From a bacterium (lineage in GTDB: Bacteria > Armatimonadota > HRBIN16), in NCBI GenBank assembly GCA_025057335.1, contig JANWXG010000004.1, forward strand, positions 1 through 32,269: a stretch of DNA of 32,269 bases. Reading direction: 5' to 3'. A program made the translations under genes and the position numbers. How positions within the stretch are numbered: the stretch's first letter is position 1; each line of letters opens with the position of its first letter. Positions 1 to 7,080 of the stretch are shown here, in pieces. The notes beneath the pieces are model-generated. The model did not search any database, had not been told where the DNA came from, and saw only the letters and a program-made list of their open reading frames with translations.

Positions 1-561
1 CGGGTGGATGACAATCTCCTCTTCCTGGTTGGTGGACGCTGCCCAGTAGCGAACGCGCACCTTGCGCCGCAGGGCGAAAGCGTTTTGCAGTGTGAGCATG
101 ATGGTCTGAAAGGCGAAGTAGTTGGCGTAGGTGTCGGTGTCGATGCTCACGTGCTGCTTCAGCCGCTCCACTTCGCGCTGGGTGGCTGCGTCCAGCATGG
201 AGCGAATCTTGTTCATCGCGTTCTGCAGGTCCCTGGCGAAGATGCTGCCCTGCATGATCGCGGGGTTGGACGCAGCGATTTCGAGCGCGAGTGCCTCCTG
301 CGGGGTGAAACGAATCGGCTCGAGGGAGGTCTGGGGCTCCAGTACGTACTGCCGCTGCCTGCGGCTGTAGCGCTTCGCCAGCAGGTCGTTGTTCTCCAGC
401 AGTCTCAGGTAGCGGTACACCGTGCGCTCAGACACTCCCAGCTTCTCCGACAGCCGCTTAGGCGTCAGGTCCTCCTGCCGATGAATCTCCTTCATCAGCG
501 CTAGAAGACGCTCCGTCTTCGGGCGTCTGGCTTGGAAACCGTACACGTTGGCCTCGGGCAT
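1..561 (-). CDS. HTH + WYL domain transcriptional regulator (YafY/PafC-like), 3' end truncated by window edge
   Basis: Not in the ORF track; translated by hand. ATG at 561 follows the RBS GGAGG-N8 and the frame stays open to position 1. MPEANVYGFQARRPKTERLLALMKEIHRQEDLTPKRLSEKLGVSERTVYRYLRLLE is an HTH, followed by the FTPQEALAL linker and the WYL domain start LQNAFALRRKVRVRYWAASTNQEEEIVIHP. Confidence 0.9.
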   Translation of the reverse strand, partial: MPEANVYGFQARRPKTERLLALMKEIHRQEDLTPKRLSEKLGVSERTVYRYLRLLENNDLLAKRYSRRQRQYVLEPQTSLEPIRFTPQEALALEIAASNPAIMQGSIFARDLQNAMNKIRSMLDAATQREVERLKQHVSIDTDTYANYFAFQTIMLTLQNAFALRRKVRVRYWAASTNQEEEIVIHP

Positions 562-637
562 GTCGCAATCCTCCGTGCTTATTTTTTTACCGTCGTCGCT
601 ACTCCTAATGGTTTGGCGCTTAACCCTGTCACTTTCT

Positions 638-667
638 ATCTTATAGTATACTACATGTACATGTCAA
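638..667 (-). promoter_or_regulatory. sigma70-type promoter of the WYL regulator gene with overlapping palindromes
   Basis: Minus strand reads TTGACA(667-662)-N18-TAAGAT(643-638), or N16-TATAAG, in an AT-rich island. The spacer holds the perfect palindromes ACATGTACATGT (653-664) and TAGTATACTA (644-653). Confidence 0.65.
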
Positions 668-876
668 GTATTTGATTCAGCAAACTGAATGTCTTTGCAA
701 AAACTACTGTTTGCAGTTAACCACATCTATCCACCCATGCGAATTCGCCAGAGGAAGACGCATCGCAGCTCGCACTCTGAACACAGCAAGGGAACTGGCG
801 TTTTATCATCGCCGTTGAGTGACTGTCGCTCCATGAAGATATGACTTCTGGCTGGAAGAGCGCGCTCCCTGCCATG

Positions 877-951
877 TTGTCATCCTGAGCGAGGCAGGGA
901 GTCACGCTCCCCTGTCGACCGACCCCCCTTCGCCGATGCTCAGCGTGACAA
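877..951. repeat. REP-like palindromic element, TGTCATCCTGAGC...GCTCAGnnTGACA family (degenerate)
   Basis: TTGTCATCCTGAGCGAGGC...TTCGCCGATGCTCAGCGTGACAA terminal inverted repeats; related copies at 4795, 15361 and 15526. Confidence 0.75.
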
Positions 952-1045
952 GGAGAGGGTACCTCCAGAGACTTTCTGCCCGTTGCCCGCGACTCACAGT
1001 TGGCGAGCGTTCGCTCTTCAACGGATAGTGCTACGCAGTGGCGGA

Positions 1046-1906
1046 CTACCCGCTGTCTAGCAGCTCTTTCAGGCGTCGCAGGTTTTCGGGATGCATCTCT
1101 TCCGCGTCTGGTGTTTCGAGAATCGCCGGCAGGTGCCGCAATCGAGGCTCCTGTAATAGAATACGGAAGGTTTCCCTGCCAAGTTCCCCGTCGCCGATGT
1201 GTTCATGCCTGTCTACACGACTGCCAAGTGGTTTTTTGGCATCGTTGACGTGAATCACTTTCAGCCTGTCCAGCCCGATGACCCTGTCGAACTCGTCCAG
1301 CGTGGCGGAAAGCGCTTCCTGCGTGCGAATATCGTAGCCTGCCACGAAGACATGGCAGGTATCGAAACAGACTCCTACCCGCTCAGAGCCGCCCGCCGCC
1401 TCGATGATACGCGCGAGATGCTCGAAGCGGTAGCCCAGATTCGATCCCTGACCTGCGGTAGTCTCCAGGGCAATGCCCACGCGCATCCCCTCGGTCTGTT
1501 GCAGCAAGAGGCGTACACTCTCGCCCAGCACGCGCAGCCCATCCTCCTCCGACGAGTCCAGGTAGGCTCCCATGTGCGTCACAACCCAGGGGATGTCCAG
1601 CGCCTCTGCACGTTGCAGCTCCTCCAGGAAGGTTTCGCGGCTGCGTTGCAGGATGTCCGCGTTGGGGGCAGCAAGGTTAATCAGGTACGAGTCGTGCGAG
1701 ATGATGGTGTCGATGCCCGTGTCGCGGCGTGCCCGGTCAAAGGCGCGGATCTCCTCTTCCGACAGGGGGCGCACTCGCCACTGTCGTGGGCTGGCAGTAA
1801 ATAGCTGTATGGCGGTACATCCGATTTCATGCCCCGACGTAATCGCCCTGTGCAGCCCTCCTGTGGTGGGCATGTGTGCGCCCAGCAAGCGAGTATGATG
1901 TGACAT
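1046..1906 (-). CDS. nfo: Endonuclease IV (deoxyribonuclease IV)
   Basis: Motifs LLGAH, QLFTASPRQW, HDSYLINLA, LETTAGQG, CFDTCHVF, HVND, DRHEHIGDG and ILETP. Start moved to MSHHTRLLGAH (1906), which follows GGAGAGG. Confidence 0.95.
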   Translation of the reverse strand: MSHHTRLLGAHMPTTGGLHRAITSGHEIGCTAIQLFTASPRQWRVRPLSEEEIRAFDRARRDTGIDTIISHDSYLINLAAPNADILQRSRETFLEELQRAEALDIPWVVTHMGAYLDSSEEDGLRVLGESVRLLLQQTEGMRVGIALETTAGQGSNLGYRFEHLARIIEAAGGSERVGVCFDTCHVFVAGYDIRTQEALSATLDEFDRVIGLDRLKVIHVNDAKKPLGSRVDRHEHIGDGELGRETFRILLQEPRLRHLPAILETPDAEEMHPENLRRLKELLDSG

Positions 1907-1913
1907 GGGGTTG

Positions 1914-3026
1914 TCAACCTCTCCGAATGACTGGGATCTGTCGTAGCAGCGTATGGTCTGCCATGCTCTGGATGCTGCACTGCGCAGCAACTGCCTGCGC
2001 AATCTTGCGAAACGCCTGTGCCTGTGCCGATTCGGGATGCGCTACGATGGCGGGCACCCCTTCGTCTCCGCTGAGCGAGATGTTCGGGTCGAGAGGGATA
2101 GAGCCGAGGAAGGGCACTCCCAGCTTCTCCGCCGCGTACTGACCGCCCTTTCCTGCGAAGATGGGGGTTACCTGTCCGCAGTGTGGGCAGGCAAAGCCCG
2201 ACATGTTCTCGATGATACCCAGGATGGGTATCGGTCTGCTCAGTCCTTCCTCCAGTTTACGAAACATGGCGACCGCCTTGCCCGCGATAGTAAACGCCAC
2301 ATCCTGCGGCGTCATCACAATCACCACTCCCGTGATGGGCACCGATTGCGAGAGCGTCATGGGCGCGTCGCCCGTGCCCGGAGGTAGGTCCACCACCAGG
2401 TAGTCCTGTGCTCCCCAGCGCACGTCGGTGAGCAGCTGTCGCACGGTGCCCGCCACCATCGGACCGCGCCACACCACTGCCTGGTCGTCGGGCAGGAGGA
2501 AGCCTAACGACATCATGCGCACTCCGTAGCGCTCAATAGGCACGATTTTCTCGTCGATGACTCTGGGGGTCTCGTGCGTGCCCATGAGCAGGGGGATGGA
2601 AGGACCGTACACATCGGCGTCCAGCAATCCTACCTTCGCGCCCAGCTGTGCCAGCGCCACCGCCAGGTTGACGGAAACTGTGCTCTTGCCGACACCTCCC
2701 TTGCCGCTGGCGACCGCAACTACGTGCTTGACCTCGGGTAGGATATCCTCTGCCCCTACCTGTCTTGAACGCACTTGCGCAGTCATCTCCACGTTGACCG
2801 ACTTCACACCGGGAATGCGCAGAACTGCCTCCGTGGCTTGCGACTTCATCAGGTCTTTGACGGGACAGGCGGGCGTAGTGAGCTCTATCTTGAAGGCGAC
2901 GTTGCCGTCGCAAATCTTCACGTCCTTCACGAAGCCCAGGCTGACGATGTCACGATGCAGGTCTGGGTCTACGACGCTACGCAGAGCGTCCAGCACTTGC
3001 TGTTCTGTCACAGTGTGGTCACTCAT
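1914..3026 (-). CDS. mrp: Mrp/NBP35 (ApbC) Fe-S cluster carrier ATPase with N-terminal DUF59-like domain
   Basis: DPDLHRDIVSLGFV...LTTPACP N-terminal domain; deviant Walker A SGKGGVGKST; DADVYGPS; WRGPM; DLPPGTGD; ENMSGFACPHC. Confidence 0.95.
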   Translation of the reverse strand: MSDHTVTEQQVLDALRSVVDPDLHRDIVSLGFVKDVKICDGNVAFKIELTTPACPVKDLMKSQATEAVLRIPGVKSVNVEMTAQVRSRQVGAEDILPEVKHVVAVASGKGGVGKSTVSVNLAVALAQLGAKVGLLDADVYGPSIPLLMGTHETPRVIDEKIVPIERYGVRMMSLGFLLPDDQAVVWRGPMVAGTVRQLLTDVRWGAQDYLVVDLPPGTGDAPMTLSQSVPITGVVIVMTPQDVAFTIAGKAVAMFRKLEEGLSRPIPILGIIENMSGFACPHCGQVTPIFAGKGGQYAAEKLGVPFLGSIPLDPNISLSGDEGVPAIVAHPESAQAQAFRKIAQAVAAQCSIQSMADHTLLRQIPVIRRG

Positions 3027-3145
3027 CTTCTTGCCCCCTTCTGGTCATGTTCACACGCTCGCTAGCAGATATCACATAGCGGCAAGCCTCGCCCTCCGCA
3101 AGGGAGGTTTGGCAGGTAACTAGTCTTTCAAGGACTGTTACCAGC

Positions 3146-3174
3146 ATTGTACCCCGAAGGAAACAGGAAGACAA
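3146..3174 (-). promoter_or_regulatory. Putative sigma70 promoter of mrp-nfo
   Basis: Minus strand TTGTCT-N17-TACAAT, about 120 nt upstream of the mrp start. Confidence 0.45.
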
Positions 3175-3253
3175 GCGGGTTTTGCCAGCAGGAAAAAGGC
3201 GGTTCCTGACGAAGCATAAGGTAGCAAAACTTGGGGAGAGGAGGATGATTAGG

Positions 3254-4714
3254 GTGGTACAGCTTTCTCCCGTCAAACTTGGACTTATCGCCGCGAACCG
3301 GGGCTTTTTCAGCGATGAGCTTGCCGCGAAGATGCGGGCAGAGACCATCGCTGCTATGCGTGAGGTGGGCATCGAGGTGGTCGTGCCCGATGAGAGCATG
3401 ACCAAGCTGGGCTGCGTGGAGACGCTCAAAGAAGCTCTCGTCGCAGGCAAGCTGTTCCGCGAGAAGGGAGTAGACGGCATCGTAGTGGCGGCGGTCAACT
3501 TCGGCGACGAGCAGGGCGTGGCGGCAGCCGTCAAGACTGCTGACCTGAACGTGCCCGTTTACATCTTCGGCTGTCAGGAAGAAGAGGTATTGACGCCCAG
3601 CACGCCGCGCCGAGACTCCTTCTGCGGGCTGCTCTCCATCGGTGAGGCGCTGCGCCAGATCGGAGTGGAGTACACGGTGGGGCGAGTACCTATCCTGTTC
3701 CCACGGGAAGAGGTGTTCAAGCAGGATATCCAGCGCTTCGCGGCGATATGTCGCGTGGTAAACGGCATTCGTCGGGCGCGCTACGGGCAGATTGGCGCTC
3801 GTCCAGACGCCTTCTGGACCTGCCGCTACGACGAGAAGATGTTGCAGCGGCTCGGGCCGACCGTCGTGACACTCGACCTCTCAGAGGCGATTGCGGGCGT
3901 GATGCGCATCCCAGCGGATAGCCCGGAGGTGCAGCAGAGGATGGAGCAGGTCGCTCAGTACGCCGACGCGAAGGGCGTGCCTGCTGACGTGCTCAACAAG
4001 ATCGCTCGCTTCGAGCTGTTTGTGGAGCGCTTCATTGAGGAGAAGGGGCTGGACGCACTAGCAATCCAGTGCTGGACTTCTATCCAGATGAATCTGGGCA
4101 TCTGCACCTGCACGACGATGAGCCGTCTGGGCGACCGGGGCATCCCGTGCGCCTGCGAGTCGGACATCATGGGCACGCTTTCCATGCATGCGGCGTTGTT
4201 GGCGTCGGGGCAGCCCGCAACCCTCGCCGACTGGAACAATGTGCATAACGAAGACCCCGAACTGGTGAACCTGTGGCACTGCGGCGTCTATCCGGGCAGC
4301 TTTGCCAAGACGCCGCGACGCATCGGCGTACAAGAAATTATCGCCTCCACGACAGGGCGTGAAAACGCCATCGGCGTGGTGGAATTCGAAATGAAGGAAG
4401 GTCCCGTGACCCTCTGTCGCATCACGCAGAGCGCAGACGGCGAGTGGAAGGCAGCGCTGGCGCAGGGCACCATTGAGGAAAACCGCGCAAAGACCTTCGG
4501 CGCGTATGGCTGGTGCCGCATTCCGGGGTTGCAACGGTTCTACCGCGACGTACTGTGCCGACACTTCCCGCACCATGTGGCGATGACGCTGGGCTCGGTG
4601 GGCGACGTACTGTGGGAGGCGTTGGGCAACTACTTCGGCATGGATGTGTACGCTCCAGAAGCGACCTCTGGCTACTGGACGCCCGAACCACCGTTCTGGA
4701 ACGGCGCGCGGTGA
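3254..4714 (+). CDS. L-fucose/L-arabinose isomerase family protein
   Basis: Motifs NFGDEQG, RRDSFCG, AIQCW, CACESD (metal-binding E and D), WHCG and FPHHVA. Start is GTG 3254 (AGGAGG-N9) or ATG 3245. Confidence 0.85.
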   Translation: MVQLSPVKLGLIAANRGFFSDELAAKMRAETIAAMREVGIEVVVPDESMTKLGCVETLKEALVAGKLFREKGVDGIVVAAVNFGDEQGVAAAVKTADLNVPVYIFGCQEEEVLTPSTPRRDSFCGLLSIGEALRQIGVEYTVGRVPILFPREEVFKQDIQRFAAICRVVNGIRRARYGQIGARPDAFWTCRYDEKMLQRLGPTVVTLDLSEAIAGVMRIPADSPEVQQRMEQVAQYADAKGVPADVLNKIARFELFVERFIEEKGLDALAIQCWTSIQMNLGICTCTTMSRLGDRGIPCACESDIMGTLSMHAALLASGQPATLADWNNVHNEDPELVNLWHCGVYPGSFAKTPRRIGVQEIIASTTGRENAIGVVEFEMKEGPVTLCRITQSADGEWKAALAQGTIEENRAKTFGAYGWCRIPGLQRFYRDVLCRHFPHHVAMTLGSVGDVLWEALGNYFGMDVYAPEATSGYWTPEPPFWNGAR

Positions 4715-4794
4715 TGCCTAGGAGCGCTACCAGTTGAGGCATGGCTGTGTAAAGTGGTGGAAGAGGGGTGGCACTCAAGCCGCCTTGCCTCATC

Positions 4795-4886
4795 GTCACC
4801 CTGAGCGAAGCGAAGGGTCTCGAAAGAGGTTCTGCTCGGTTCAGCCTCACAGGGAAGAGAGACCCTTCGCTGAGGCTTAGTATAAC
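4795..4886. repeat. REP-like palindromic element, GTCACCCTGAGCGAAGCGAAGGGTCTC family
   Basis: GTCACCCTGAGCGAAGCGAAGGGTCTC...GAGACCCTTCGCTGAGGCTTAGTATAAC inverted arms; GCGAAGGGTCTC/GAGACCCTTCGC pair perfectly. Confidence 0.85.
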
Positions 4887-4979
4887 AGAGGTTGTCGATG
4901 CGTCTGGCTGTCCGGCGCAGCGAATGCAGCCCGAACAGGCTACCCAGCGTCCTACTCTCGCGAAAAGGGGTAAAATAGC

Positions 4980-5903
4980 ATGAGCCGAGCGATGATTGAC
5001 TTGGCACGCATCAAGACCTATCCTATCAGCCAGAGGCATAATCTGGTCAAACGCTCCGACTTCATCGCCGACACGAGCGACTTTCCCATCTGGCAGAATC
5101 GGCAGTTTCTGCAGCTAGCGAAACGCGTTATTCGGGCGGTGAAGGGGAGAAAACAGGTCATCTTCATGATGGGCGGACATGTGGTCAAAAGTGGGCTCTC
5201 CTTACTCATTATTGACCTCGTGAAGCGCGGCGCAGTCACACACCTAGCGATGAACGGAGCCGTGTCGATACACGACTTCGAGATGGCACTCATCGGCGAG
5301 ACCAGTGAGTATGTGCCGCGCAGTATCGAGGACGGTACGTTCGGTATGGCAGAGGAGACGGGACGTTACATGAACGAAGCCATCAACCGCTACGCCGAGG
5401 AAGGGATGGGCTACGCCATCGGGCGATGGATTGTGGAGCACGACCTGCCGTATCAGGAATACAGCATTCTCGCCGCAGCCTACAAGCTAGGCGTGCCTGC
5501 CACAGTGCACGTCGCCATCGGTACGGATATCATCCATCAGCATCCGACCTGCGATGGTGCAAGAACTGGCACAGCAACCTATACAGATTTTAAGATATTC
5601 TGCCACAGCGTCGCGCAGATGAAGGAGGGGTGCTATCTCAACTTCGGCTCGGCGGTGATTGGACCTGAAGTGTTCCTCAAGGCGTTGAGCATCGCCCGCA
5701 ACCTGGGTTACGAGGTACATCCGATTACCACAGCCAACTTTGATATTCGGCGCGGCCTGAGCGACTACTTCTACCGTCCTTCCAAAAACATCGTGCAGCG
5801 ACCAACCTCGCTAGGCGGAAGGGGGTTCAACTTGAGGGTAGACCACAGGGTGAGCATCCCCTCGCTACATCGGCTAATCGTGGAAGCACTGGAGGCGAAG
5901 TAG
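4980..5903 (+). CDS. Conserved hypothetical protein, deoxyhypusine-synthase-like NAD-binding fold (GSU2086-like family)
   Basis: Motifs MGGHVVKSG, AMNGAVSIHDFE, GETSE, GTFGMAEETG, TVHVAIGTDIIH, NFGSAVIGPEVFLKA and YRP...VQRP. Alternative start at ATG 4992. Confidence 0.7.
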   Translation: MSRAMIDLARIKTYPISQRHNLVKRSDFIADTSDFPIWQNRQFLQLAKRVIRAVKGRKQVIFMMGGHVVKSGLSLLIIDLVKRGAVTHLAMNGAVSIHDFEMALIGETSEYVPRSIEDGTFGMAEETGRYMNEAINRYAEEGMGYAIGRWIVEHDLPYQEYSILAAAYKLGVPATVHVAIGTDIIHQHPTCDGARTGTATYTDFKIFCHSVAQMKEGCYLNFGSAVIGPEVFLKALSIARNLGYEVHPITTANFDIRRGLSDYFYRPSKNIVQRPTSLGGRGFNLRVDHRVSIPSLHRLIVEALEAK

Positions 5904-5904
5904 C

Positions 5905-7080
5905 ATGGCGGAACGTCTGACAGTAGCACACATCAGTGATACCCACCTGGGGTATCGTTCCCTCTCCAAAGAAGACCCCAAAACGGGGGTTAACCAGCGT
6001 GAGGTAGACGTGTATCAGGCGTTTGCCCATGCCATGCGTGCCATTGCAGAGGCGTCTCCTGACCTAGTGCTCATCACGGGCGACCTTTTCGACAAGAAGG
6101 TGCCCAGCATCTGGTCGCTACGTCGGGCTTTTCGGGTGCTGCGCACGGTGCAGGAAGCGCGTCGTGGCAAGCCGCTCCTCTTGCTGGGAGGTAATCACGA
6201 TACCCCTCGGATGCGCGAAAGCAGCGCGGTCTTCCCGCTGTTCGAGGAGATACCTGGCGTGAAGGCAGTGTATGGACTACCCGAACGGGTGTATCTGCCT
6301 GAGCTGGACGCAGCAGTGATGTGCGTGCCCGCAGCGAGCATCTCCCAGCTGGCGGAGGAGAGGCTGCAACTCGATCCAGACCCGCAGGTGGGGTTCAACC
6401 TCCTGGCAGTGCATGGCGTGCTGCAGGGGATGTTCACTGCGGAGTACACCCCGTTCTTTCTGCCTAGGTCGCGTGTACTAGACGACCGTTGGAACTACAT
6501 CGCCCTGGGAGACTATCACGACTTCCGCCAACTGAGCCCGAACGCTGCCTACGCGGGCGCAACGGAGTTCACTACCACAAACATCTGGAGCGAGAGCCGC
6601 AAGAAGGGCTGGGTGTGGGTAGAGCTGCAACAGGGGCAAGCTCCTGTCCTCCGTCATCGCCCTGTTCCCACGCGCCCCGTAATCAGCCTGCCTGATGTGG
6701 ATACCTTGCAATATGGTTCCTCCGACAAGGCGGTCGAGCACGTGCTGGAGGAGGCACAGCGAGAGCAGATTGCTCAGGCGCTGGTACGAGTGCGCCTGTT
6801 TAACGTTCCCTACGGGGAGCGCGCTAGGGTGCAGCGTGCCATTGTAGAGGGGATGGCGAACGCTTTTCATGTACAGGTGGATTTCCGTACAACGCTTCGT
6901 TCCCCTCTCTCTGCGGGGGAACAGCAAACAGAGACCACAGTGACGCAGCCGGTCGAGGAGCGCTGGCGTCAGTTCGTCGAAGCGCATCGAGAGAAGCTGC
7001 CTGCGGGAATCACGGCGGAGGAGGTACTCCAGCGTGGCTTGGCAGCGCTGAGCGCGGTTGGGGAGGAGATGTCCCGATGA
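5905..7080 (+). CDS. sbcD: SbcD/Mre11-family DNA repair nuclease (metallophosphoesterase)
   Basis: HISDTHLG, GDLFD, GNHD, VHG and YIALGDYH motifs; ATGA overlap with the downstream SMC ATPase. Confidence 0.9.
   Translation: MAERLTVAHISDTHLGYRSLSKEDPKTGVNQREVDVYQAFAHAMRAIAEASPDLVLITGDLFDKKVPSIWSLRRAFRVLRTVQEARRGKPLLLLGGNHDTPRMRESSAVFPLFEEIPGVKAVYGLPERVYLPELDAAVMCVPAASISQLAEERLQLDPDPQVGFNLLAVHGVLQGMFTAEYTPFFLPRSRVLDDRWNYIALGDYHDFRQLSPNAAYAGATEFTTTNIWSESRKKGWVWVELQQGQAPVLRHRPVPTRPVISLPDVDTLQYGSSDKAVEHVLEEAQREQIAQALVRVRLFNVPYGERARVQRAIVEGMANAFHVQVDFRTTLRSPLSAGEQQTETTVTQPVEERWRQFVEAHREKLPAGITAEEVLQRGLAALSAVGEEMSR

Noticed and set aside
4-504. 166-aa plus-strand ORF
   Set aside because: Antisense shadow of the minus-strand WYL gene, which has an RBS, promoter and recognisable motifs.
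648-663. NrdR-box-like ATACTACATGTACATG upstream of the WYL gene
   Set aside because: It lacks the conserved G and has no partner box 31-32 bp away.
717-905. 62-aa ORF in the nfo-WYL intergenic region
   Set aside because: Starts within a REP-like element, no RBS, no recognisable motif.
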